Source: an uncultured Verrucomicrobiae bacterium (lineage in GTDB: Bacteria; Verrucomicrobiota; Verrucomicrobiia; Chthoniobacterales; Terrimicrobiaceae). From it: a stretch of DNA of 32,000 bases. Where the stretch lies: assembly GCA_963731945.1 (NCBI GenBank), contig CAVSXN010000005.1:67883-99882 (forward strand), given 5' to 3'. The position numbers and the translations under genes were made by a program. The stretch's first letter is position 1, and every line of letters begins with the position of its first letter. Positions 18,401 through 25,302 of this stretch are shown piece by piece. The notes beneath the pieces are model-generated. The model made no database searches and was not told the origin of the DNA. It saw nothing but the letters and a program-made list of their open reading frames with translations.

Positions 18401-19268
18401 CGTCAGCGAACTTCCCCGGGATTTTGGCAACATTGAATTCAACGCGGACACGTTTTCGTCCGGCCCGCGAACCGAGGCCCTTTGCACGTGGGCGCGTCTT
18501 CTCGTCGATCCGGCGCAGGTTTCAAGCGAGTTTCGCGAACGCTTGCTCCGACTTACGGAGTCCTCCGCCAGTCTCTCCACCCAGGAGAACCTTTGGTTGC
18601 TCGTCGCCTTCAAGGCGATGATGAAGACGACTTCCTTGACTTCCGCCACCGGAATCACTCCCAAGCCGGAAACTCTTTCTGTCAACGCAAGCGCCGCGGG
18701 TTGGAGCAGGCGGGACCTTGCGAAACTGGCGGATTTCACCGTCAACGGCCTCAAACCCGGCGGCAGCTTCGTGTTGAAAGCCGAGTATCGCACGGCTGAG
18801 AAGCAAACGAAGCCAGTCACGCAGGGCCTCAAGATCGACCGAATCGTGAAGAATCTGACCGACCTTTCGCGGGATGGGAGCGCCCGTGCGCCCTTTCGGC
18901 TGGGCGATCAAGTCTTGATTTCCTACCGCTTCTCCTCGGAAAGGCCGCAGAGCTATCTGGCAGTCGAGGACATGATCCCGGCAGGCCTGGAGGTCGTGAA
19001 TCCGAATCTCGCTCTCTTCGCCAAATTCTACTCGCTCCCGGCCGAATCCGGTGTCGAAACAGCGTATTTATCACACAGCGAGGTGCGTGATCAGCAGACC
19101 AATCTTTACTTCGACGATTTGCCCTCCGGCTCTCGCAGTTACAGCGTGCTTGCCCGGGCGACCGCGGCGGGCAGCTTCATCTGGCCGGCGACCCAGATTT
19201 CACCGATGTACGATAGCCGCTTTTTCGGCCGGTCGGCCTCAAGCGAATGCGCAGTTTCCTCCGAGTAG
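15096..19268 (+). CDS. Alpha-2-macroglobulin family protein (YfhM-type, thioester-containing), C-terminal major fragment
   Basis: 1390-aa ORF. The first ~30 codons (MHRETCHPPMATRRSCARLPGSRQIPKRSA) look non-coding. Protein-like sequence starts at GPMLFEVTGKDSQGRVIGNRALIYFGELALTRKQ, with an internal ATG at 15192. It has repeated macroglobulin-like beta-sandwich segments (LTDRPLYRPGQSIQFKGFVREE...), the thioester motif LDYPHGCFEQNASRLLGY, and a C-terminal domain typical of bacterial A2Ms. Joined to the upstream fragment it would give a protein of roughly 1,840 aa. Confidence 0.9.
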   Translation: MHRETCHPPMATRRSCARLPGSRQIPKRSAGPMLFEVTGKDSQGRVIGNRALIYFGELALTRKQTKSQSIVRVARLTDGKPLPKATVSVLDKDLKKIANAVTDEDGLAVFDMLAIAGAQYLSCEKTIQPLALSDRFPGGTLSARPLPPLRAHVLTDRPLYRPGQSIQFKGFVREEEAGALKIPSGRQVKWTIERAYSGEVLASGESKVDAEGGWSGMWTPPQDAPVGEFVVKALIGGIPAGSPARFQIQEFRNPPFSVVCENVQAQKSAESVIAVQSQYFHGAPNAGGRAHWTATWISDSTDGEYHGVEWTRVDLYSEHATRPVYTAEVSGEAVLDGAGCVTLRSDPPFEDPGNRARCSVIWKVDVTGPDGQTLTGGTVQEVAMAPVLLGIKSGEGRNGEIEFLWDAKGEFAKTPQAVSVRLYRVQTKSVKERLAPDVYRYRNFDQYELVEERERVTGDSIRFKPGKPGRYVALVSPLAGEPGLAVSEQVYLEGDEESEVPVESDTTATVFSIKGREDAKPWMVGEKAILNVLSPTGGVAWVSVETDRILDTFTAPIEGNTSHIEIPVKPEYEPNVFVSVYVLRPGGSDQLAGEMFGYDQLTVQAPGRALDVSVETARAEYEPRQRISGEVSVKAAGRPVAGADLAIYAVDDSILTLGGWKLPQILADFFPARSFAMVTYSALKAYVDKIAPSWLTMKGFVAGDAGAEEFGNVTFTRKEFKPLILWLPSVRTDAKGVARFECEAPDNLTRFRVIAVGQTKKNQFGSGDTTFAVSKRLSIEPALPRFLRDGDEVELRAVVRQKASDSEQLLVRCTTGGPLELTSDPRQEISARRDTPAVVRFKARAKSTGSASVKFEVESTSQLADAVEVTLPVAEPVILRRESVSGPVTGKTLAGRNLMPAAWKQGRGTFSLAVSTTPWLNKLMGLPFLLDYPHGCFEQNASRLLGYTFLGGLLDYLPDSQARRVAYQRVIDETLREFQAGLLADGRLPYWPGGTQPNDFVTIQAAWCVSQAEEAGFDVPERLASELPEVLGKMAAGKMSDLSPTLRAFALFVLSTSGDDEEVQSAADELFLKRDKLTGEGRAMLAIALNNLGIEQERQRLLVSELPRDFGNIEFNADTFSSGPRTEALCTWARLLVDPAQVSSEFRERLLRLTESSASLSTQENLWLLVAFKAMMKTTSLTSATGITPKPETLSVNASAAGWSRRDLAKLADFTVNGLKPGGSFVLKAEYRTAEKQTKPVTQGLKIDRIVKNLTDLSRDGSARAPFRLGDQVLISYRFSSERPQSYLAVEDMIPAGLEVVNPNLALFAKFYSLPAESGVETAYLSHSEVRDQQTNLYFDDLPSGSRSYSVLARATAAGSFIWPATQISPMYDSRFFGRSASSECAVSSE
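17901..17912 (+). other. Thioester site codons (Cys-Phe-Glu-Gln, CxEQ) of the alpha-2-macroglobulin
   Basis: TGC TTC GAG CAA lies within YPHGCFEQN. A CxEQ motif is the hallmark of thioester-forming A2M/C3-family proteins. Confidence 0.75.
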
Positions 19269-21526
19269 TTCGGCAATTGGCTCTATCCGCCACAAGCGGT
19301 CTCGGGCGCCTGGAGCGGGCGGCTCGATGGCTTTTTTTCGCGGCGCTTCTGTTTGGCATTTGTCTTGCGCTGACCATTGAAAGCTTGATCCGCAGCGTCA
19401 GCCTGCCTGCGGCTCTGGATCGGCCGCCGCCTGCGACGACTGTTTTCACTGACATGCGGGGAGCAACGATTGCGGTCCTTCCGACGCCTGATGCCAGGGA
19501 AAGCTTTCCGGTCAGGCTGAGAGACATGGGAGAATGGCTGCCAGCGGCCACCGTCGGAATAGAGGATGCGCGGTTCTGGGAGCACCATGGCGTGGATTTT
19601 CGGGCGGTGGCAGGCGCGGCCCTTCGGAACCTGCGAAACTGGCGCGTGATTTCCGGCGCTTCCACCATTACCCAACAAGTCATCAAAATTTCTTCGCCGC
19701 GCAACGGCCGAAGAGGGAAGGTTCACGAGGCTCTGGCCGCCCTGAAGCTGGAACGAAAGTGGGGCAAGAAGAGGATCCTGGAGGTGTATCTGAACCGCCT
19801 CGACTACGGCAACCGCCGTCTTGGCCCCGAAGCTGCCGCGCGAGCGTATTTTGGCAAGCCCGCGCGCGATCTCTCGCTCTCCGAGGCGATCTTTCTGGCT
19901 GGCTTGCCGCAATCCCCGGCACGCTTGAATCCTTGGAAAAATCGCGACGCCGCGATTGCGCGTTACCGCCGGAATGTCAAACGCCTCGGGGCGATCGGGT
20001 TGCTGCCTCCCGGAGCTGCAATGAGCTCGCTTCTGAGGAATCCTCCGCGTATTGGAAAGCACGATCCACCAAACGAGGCGCCGCAGTTTGTCGAGGTCGT
20101 CCGAAACCGCATTCCTGAGCATCCCAGGCGGGCAGGCGGGCTCGCGCCGGGACGGATAGTGACGTCGCTCAACATTGATCTCCAGAGACTTGCAATGAGG
20201 TTGCTGCGCGAACACCTCTCCGCCGCCTCGTCCCTGGGTGTCAACGACGCGGCGATAGTGATCATCGAAAATACTACGGGCGCGGTTCGCGCCCTGGCCT
20301 GTTCCGGAGATCCAAGGCGCGCGTCCCTCAACTCCGCGATCGAACCGCGGAGTTGTGGCTCCGCGTTGAAACCTTTCCTCTACCTGGCTGCGATCGATCA
20401 ACGGAAGCTCACCGCGGCATCTTTGTTGCCGGACACCCCGGATGCGATTTCTGGAGAGTATGGCGACTATGACCCCCAAAACTACTCGAAACGCTACCTC
20501 GGCCCGGTGCGAATGCGGGAGGCGTTGGGGAGTTCTCTTAACGTCCCGGCGGTTTTCACTTTGAGCCAACTTGGAGCCCGCGACACATTTGAGTTTTTGA
20601 GGAAATGGGGCTTGGATTTCCCAGGGTCATTCGACGAATTCGGTGCGGGTTTCGTTCTGGGAAATGCTCCGGTGAGCCTGCTCGAGCTCGCAGGGGCCTA
20701 CGCCGGCATCGCGCGCGGCGGAGAAGTCTGGGTACCCAGGTTGATGACGGGGGATCGCGTCGAGAGCCGGCGCCTGGCCTCGCGGGAGGCATGCGCCATC
20801 CTCGCGGATATCCTTTGCGACAATCGGGCGCGCCTTGCCGGGTTTGGGCTCTCTTCGCCGCTGAACCTGCCCGAACGCACCGCGGTGAAGACAGGCACGA
20901 GCTCCGGCTTTCGAGATGGCTGGTGCATCGGATTCAACAAGAACCATACAGTCGGCGTCTGGGCCGGTAACCTTGACGGACGGCCGATGGGCGAAATTCT
21001 CGCGGTCCGCTCCGCCGCTCCGCTCTGGGCGGCCATGATGGGGTCTCTTTATGCCGCGGGTGACCGCCCGTGGCCGCAGTTGGAGGAAAGCGCTTCGCTC
21101 CGTTCAGTCGAGGTTGCGGCCGAGACCGGCCTGCTCCCGCGTCCGAACGAACCGGTTGTTCGCGAGTGGTTTCTGCCGGGAACCGAGCCGGTGACCAACG
21201 CCTCGGCGCTCTATGTGGACGGAGTTCTGCAATTGCCGCCGGAGTATGCCGCCTGGTGTGCCGGACCGCAGAACAGGCTCGGCGCGGCGGTGCGCTCAAA
21301 GGGGCTAAGAATCTTATTTCCAAAAGACGGCTCGACGTTTTGTTACAATCCCGCAATGTCCAAGGCTCAGCAGATGCTCCCGTTGCAGAGCTCGCTGCAG
21401 GGATGCGTATGGTCTCTCAACGGCCAAATACTCGAACGCCCTCTGATCCCCCTCGAACGCGGGACGTGGACGCTTATTGCGCAAGCGCGAGGGCAGACAG
21501 CCGTGTCCAACTTTGTGGTCGAATGA
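19247..21526 (+). CDS. pbpC: Penicillin-binding protein 1C (bifunctional transglycosylase/transpeptidase-like)
   Basis: 759-aa ORF with an N-terminal membrane anchor (WLFFAALLFGICLALTI). GT51 motifs are EDARFWEHHGVD, GASTITQQ and KRILEVYLN. Transpeptidase motifs are SALK (SxxK), SLN (SxN) and KTGTS (KTG). A C-terminal extension typical of PBP1C is present. The start overlaps the A2M 3' end by 22 nt. Confidence 0.92.
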   Translation: MRSFLRVVRQLALSATSGLGRLERAARWLFFAALLFGICLALTIESLIRSVSLPAALDRPPPATTVFTDMRGATIAVLPTPDARESFPVRLRDMGEWLPAATVGIEDARFWEHHGVDFRAVAGAALRNLRNWRVISGASTITQQVIKISSPRNGRRGKVHEALAALKLERKWGKKRILEVYLNRLDYGNRRLGPEAAARAYFGKPARDLSLSEAIFLAGLPQSPARLNPWKNRDAAIARYRRNVKRLGAIGLLPPGAAMSSLLRNPPRIGKHDPPNEAPQFVEVVRNRIPEHPRRAGGLAPGRIVTSLNIDLQRLAMRLLREHLSAASSLGVNDAAIVIIENTTGAVRALACSGDPRRASLNSAIEPRSCGSALKPFLYLAAIDQRKLTAASLLPDTPDAISGEYGDYDPQNYSKRYLGPVRMREALGSSLNVPAVFTLSQLGARDTFEFLRKWGLDFPGSFDEFGAGFVLGNAPVSLLELAGAYAGIARGGEVWVPRLMTGDRVESRRLASREACAILADILCDNRARLAGFGLSSPLNLPERTAVKTGTSSGFRDGWCIGFNKNHTVGVWAGNLDGRPMGEILAVRSAAPLWAAMMGSLYAAGDRPWPQLEESASLRSVEVAAETGLLPRPNEPVVREWFLPGTEPVTNASALYVDGVLQLPPEYAAWCAGPQNRLGAAVRSKGLRILFPKDGSTFCYNPAMSKAQQMLPLQSSLQGCVWSLNGQILERPLIPLERGTWTLIAQARGQTAVSNFVVE

Positions 21527-21647
21527 GGACGAACACGCGCAGTTCCGCCGATCTCGACAGGACTGCGGCGTTTGCGAAGGGTGAGGGCTCTCAGCGACTG
21601 CGAACGCGTTCTCTTCGTTCGAAGCTCACCATGAAACCGGACGAAAG

Positions 21648-21880
21648 ATGGAAAACGCACGAGCAGTTTCTTCGCTCGCACGGCTTGTTCACGCACTCGA
21701 AGAGAAAGGCATTCGGTTTCAGATAGTTGGGATGTCCGCCGCGATCCTGCAGGGCCGTTCGCTTCGGAAGATCATCAGGAGCAAGGAGTTTCTGGCTCGC
21801 CCAAGGATTTGGCCCACCTTCCTCTTCTAACGCAGACGGTGCGACTTCTCGCCAAGCGACGCAAGACGCACGGGGAGTAA
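21648..21880 (+). pseudogene. Decayed remnant of a small nucleotidyltransferase-fold protein gene (internal deletion plus frameshifts)
   Basis: The 60-aa ORF 21648..21830 begins MENARAVSSLARLVHALEEKGIRFQIVGMSAAILQG. This resembles the N-terminus of ~150-aa proteins of the pattern L..L...gv.yvvvGG.Aa..hG. The middle is missing. The C-terminal signature is split between frames: ASED / IIRSKEF in one frame and SGSPKDLAHLPLLTQTVRLLAKRRK, ending at TAA 21878-21880, in another. Compare the family pattern SLEDLIR.K.A.GRPKDLADL. Confidence 0.45.
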
Positions 21881-21893
21881 GCCGCGGGCGTCG

Positions 21894-23396
21894 CTACCAA
21901 TACTTGACGATCGCTTCGACGAGTCCCGGGATGTCGTGCTGTTTGGCTTCGACATTCACACCAAGACCCAGGGCGCGCATTGTCTTCGAGGTGATCGGTC
22001 CGATGCTCGCGGTTTTGATGTCCGGTGGCATTGGCAGTTTCAGCGCCAGGAAGTTTTCGACGGTGGAAGAACTGGTGAAAGTGATCATGTCGGCGCCTTC
22101 TTCGCGAAAGCGGCTGATTCCTCCTGTGACGTCATTGGTCTCGGGGACAGTGCGATACGCGACGGCTTCATCGACGATCGCCCCAAGGCGCGTGAGTTCT
22201 TGCGCGAGGACCTCTCGAGCCCCCTCTGCACGGGCGAGAAGAAATTTAAGGTTCTCGACGCTGGTCTCCTTTTGCAGCGCCTTGATGATCGCTTCGGCGA
22301 CGTATTTTTCCGGCTGCACGTCGACTTGCAGCCGGTAGCTGCGCACGCGCTCAGCTGTGGCCGGTCCAATGGCGGCGATGCGGGCACCGCCGACGTCCCG
22401 GGCATCACGGTAGATCTCGAAGAATGCGTCGAAAAATGCGTCGACGCCGTTTGGGCTTGTGAACACGATCCAGTCGTAAATGTGGGAGTCGGCCACAAGT
22501 TCGTAGAACTCCCGCTTGTTGGCCGGGGGTTCGATACGGATGGTCGGCAGTTCAAAGGCGTCCGCGCCGAGCGCGCGCAAACGCTCCACGAATTCACCTG
22601 CCTGCTTGCGGGTTCGCGTCACCGCGATTCGTTTTCCGAAAAGCGAAAGCGTCTCGAACCAATTGAGCTTTTCGCGGAGTGCGGCCACCTCGCCGAAAAC
22701 GGCGACAGCCGGTGGCTTGAAGCCGGCTTCCTGGGCGCGCTCAGCGATGTTCTCAAGGGTGCCCGCAAGGGTTTGCTGTGCGCCAGTCGTCGCCCACCGC
22801 ACAAGGGTCACCGGGGTTCGCGGGGGCATGCCCGCAGCTTGAAGCTCGCCGGCGATCGCCTTGAGTCGCTCGGTACCCATCAGCATGACCTTGGTGCCGG
22901 GCACGCGGGCGATCGCCTGATAGTCCAGAGAGGACTCCGGCTTGCCAGGTTCTTCGTGGCCGGTGAAAATCGTCAAGACGGCGTTGTGCGAGCGATGCGT
23001 GACCGGAATACCCGCGTAAGCCGGGCCGGCGATGGCGGAGGTCACGCCGGGAACGATCTCAAACGTGCATTCCGCGTCCGCAAGGGCTTCGGCCTCCTCA
23101 CCGCCGCGGCCAAACAGAAAGGGATCTCCGCCCTTGAGCCGCACAACGCTTTTTCCTGCCCGGGTTTTTTCGACCAGCAGCGCGTTGATCTCGTCTTGCG
23201 AACGTGTATGCGCGCCAGCCTTCTTCCCGACGTAGATTTTTTCCGCAGAGTCGGGAGCCCATTTGAGCAGGGCCGGGTTGCAGAGGTAGTCATAGATCAC
23301 GACATCGGCGCGTTCGAGGCAGGCGCGCCCCTTGAGGGTGAACAAGCCAGGATCGCCCGGCCCGGCGCCGACGAGATAGCAAGTGCCAGATTTCAT
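21894..23396 (-). CDS. cobA-hemD: Fused uroporphyrinogen-III C-methyltransferase / uroporphyrinogen-III synthase
   Basis: Track ORF 21894..23579; homology starts at the ATG at 23396 (MKSGTCYLVGAGPGDPGLFTLKG...). The SUMT motifs are VVRLKGGDPFLFGRGGEE and VPGVTSAIAGPAYAGIPVTHR. The C-terminal half (GKRIAVTRTRKQAGEFVERLRALGADAFELPTIRI...WIVFTSPNGV...ITFTSSSTV) is HemD-like. The ATG overlaps the hemC stop (ATGA). Confidence 0.9.
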   Translation of the reverse strand: MKSGTCYLVGAGPGDPGLFTLKGRACLERADVVIYDYLCNPALLKWAPDSAEKIYVGKKAGAHTRSQDEINALLVEKTRAGKSVVRLKGGDPFLFGRGGEEAEALADAECTFEIVPGVTSAIAGPAYAGIPVTHRSHNAVLTIFTGHEEPGKPESSLDYQAIARVPGTKVMLMGTERLKAIAGELQAAGMPPRTPVTLVRWATTGAQQTLAGTLENIAERAQEAGFKPPAVAVFGEVAALREKLNWFETLSLFGKRIAVTRTRKQAGEFVERLRALGADAFELPTIRIEPPANKREFYELVADSHIYDWIVFTSPNGVDAFFDAFFEIYRDARDVGGARIAAIGPATAERVRSYRLQVDVQPEKYVAEAIIKALQKETSVENLKFLLARAEGAREVLAQELTRLGAIVDEAVAYRTVPETNDVTGGISRFREEGADMITFTSSSTVENFLALKLPMPPDIKTASIGPITSKTMRALGLGVNVEAKQHDIPGLVEAIVKYW

Positions 23397-24193
23397 GAAG
23401 GCGGAAATGTGCGCAGGATCAACCTTCCATCCTCGATGACAGCCCGCGCGGCAATGGCAACGTGACAGCCGCCGCCTTGCGCCCGAAGGAAGTCCCGCTC
23501 GGCCGCGACACACAGGGCGGTCGCCTCGTGGTTGATTGCCTGGAGAAGCCCAGCCGTGAGAGCGTCCGATTTCCGGCATTCGACCGCGATCGCGCCCTGC
23601 CCGGGAGCGGGCAGCATTTGCTCGACCACCGCAACGTGCAAACCGGGCGGGACGAATTGATGACCGAGGCGGTCGAGCCCAGCCTTGGCCAGGAGCAGTC
23701 CATCGAGCGAACGGTCTGCGGCAAGTTTGCGCAACCGGGTCGGGACATTGCCGCGAATTTCCACAATCCGAAGGTCCTCGCGCAAGAGCAAGATCTGCAC
23801 CTGCCGGCGCGGGCTTGAGGTGGCGACAGTTGCTTCGATGGGCAGTCCAGCGAGGCCACCCGGTTGCTTGGAAACGAGGACGTCGGAGGAGTCGCCGCGC
23901 TCGAGGATGGCACCGAAGACCAGATCGGCGGGTTGGTCCGTCGGGAGATCCTTCAAACTATGGACCGCGGCGTCGATCTCTCCCGCCGTCAGCGCCTCCT
24001 GAAGCTCTTTGATGAAGAGGCCCCTTTCGATGGAGCCCGAGAGACTCAAATCAAGGCGCTTGTCTCCGGTCGTTTTGATAACCCTGACGTCGACCTTCAG
24101 TTGGGCGTGAGCCGCCCGGAGTTTGTCCGCGACGATCCGCGTTTGCGCCAGCGCGAGATCGCTGCCGCGCGTCCCGAGAATGATGCGATCCAC
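23393..24193 (-). CDS. hemC: Hydroxymethylbilane synthase (porphobilinogen deaminase), C-terminally short
   Basis: 266-aa ORF with a GTG start at 24193: (M)DRIILGTRGSDLALAQT...VIKTTGDK...AVHSLKDLP...TSSPRR...LRGNVPTRL. The cofactor-cysteine region is LRAQGGGCHVAIA. It ends ...VIEDGRLILRTFPPS*. Confidence 0.9.
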   Translation of the reverse strand: MDRIILGTRGSDLALAQTRIVADKLRAAHAQLKVDVRVIKTTGDKRLDLSLSGSIERGLFIKELQEALTAGEIDAAVHSLKDLPTDQPADLVFGAILERGDSSDVLVSKQPGGLAGLPIEATVATSSPRRQVQILLLREDLRIVEIRGNVPTRLRKLAADRSLDGLLLAKAGLDRLGHQFVPPGLHVAVVEQMLPAPGQGAIAVECRKSDALTAGLLQAINHEATALCVAAERDFLRAQGGGCHVAIAARAVIEDGRLILRTFPPS

Positions 24194-24282
24194 AAGTTTA
24201 CGAATTCTCGCAGATCAGAAACGCCGCGAGTGGAGAAAGGTGGCATCTGAACGGCGGTTTATCCACTAAATCGCTGGGGCCG

Positions 24283-25302
24283 CTAGCCGCGAAATTCATG
24301 GTAACGGCGCAGCCACGACACGAATGCCCCGACATGGTCGGCGATCATTTGCTCGCAGCGAATGATTTCGCTTCGGCGCACTTCGAGCGACTGGCGGACG
24401 ATGCCCTCAAGCGAATCGATATCGTAAAGAAAGACGCCATCGAGCTCGTTGATCGCCGGATCTGCGTCGCGCGGCACGGCGAGGTCGATCACGAAGAGGG
24501 GTCTGCCGGCCCGCTCGCGCATCAGCGGCGCCAGCTTTTCCTGGGTAAGCACGGCATGGGGGGCGGAGGTGGAGCAAATCAAGATGTCCACGTCGGCAAA
24601 GGCGTTCTGCCAGTGATCGAAATGGATCGCGAGGCCGCCGATCTCTTCGGCGAGCTTTGCCGCGCGATCGAAGGTGCGATTGGAGACGATCACGGCCCTT
24701 ACCCCGCGCGAGACGAGACTTCTTGCCGTTCGCTCACTGGTCTCGCCTGCGCCGAGAATCATCACCCGGCGCCCGGCGAGATCTCCGAAGATCTTCCCCG
24801 CAAGCTCCACCGCCACTGCGCCGACGGAGGTTGCCCCGCGAGCGATTTGGGTCTCGGTGCGGACATGTTTCGCAACGCGAAAGGCATGCTGGAACAGCTT
24901 GTTGAGATGGCGACTGGTGGCGCCGAGCTCCGCGGCGGTCGAATAGGCCTTCTTGACCTGGCCGAGAATCTCCGTTTCACCCAACACCATCGAGTCCAGG
25001 CCGCTCGCGACGCGAAAAAGATGACGTGCGCTCCGGGGCGTATCGTGAAAATAGAGCGGCGTCTCAATACCCGTGCGCTCATGCAGGAGCGTTTGCAGCG
25101 AATCAAAGGCGCGCACAGGACAGAGGCTGGCGGCATAAAATTCCACGCGGTTGCAGGTCGAGAGAATGACCGCTCCAGCGAGGCCGTCGATCCGGCGAAC
25201 CGCGCAGAGCGCCTCCTCCATCCCGTGGCTGCCTACCGCGAACTTTTCCCGGATTTCAATCGGGGTGCTCTGGTGGCTGAGACCGGCGCAAAGGATGTTC
25301 AT
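24283..25302 (-). CDS. hemA: Glutamyl-tRNA reductase, C-terminally short
   Basis: Track ORF 24283..25440; homology begins at the ATG at 25302 (MNILCAGLSHQSTPIEIREKF...). The catalytic Cys motif is LSTCNRVEFY, followed by ASGLDSMVLGETEILGQVKKAY. The NADPH site is VMILGAGETSE, followed by IDLAVPRD. The protein is 339 aa. Confidence 0.92.
   Translation of the reverse strand: MNILCAGLSHQSTPIEIREKFAVGSHGMEEALCAVRRIDGLAGAVILSTCNRVEFYAASLCPVRAFDSLQTLLHERTGIETPLYFHDTPRSARHLFRVASGLDSMVLGETEILGQVKKAYSTAAELGATSRHLNKLFQHAFRVAKHVRTETQIARGATSVGAVAVELAGKIFGDLAGRRVMILGAGETSERTARSLVSRGVRAVIVSNRTFDRAAKLAEEIGGLAIHFDHWQNAFADVDILICSTSAPHAVLTQEKLAPLMRERAGRPLFVIDLAVPRDADPAINELDGVFLYDIDSLEGIVRQSLEVRRSEIIRCEQMIADHVGAFVSWLRRYHEFRG

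Noticed and set aside
21601-21612. A perfect 10-bp palindrome GAACGCGTTC in the pbpC-downstream spacer as a regulator site
   Set aside because: By rough estimate, dozens of 10-bp palindromes are expected by chance in 32 kb of this composition. There is no second copy or positional context.
21523-21726. A 67-aa highly basic ORF (MRTNTRSSADLDRTAAFAKGEG...) whose ATG overlaps the pbpC stop (ATGA)
   Set aside because: It has no recognisable features and an extreme Arg/Lys/Ser composition. It overlaps the nucleotidyltransferase-like remnant in another frame. It is probably fortuitous, and only conservation or ribosome profiling could rescue it.
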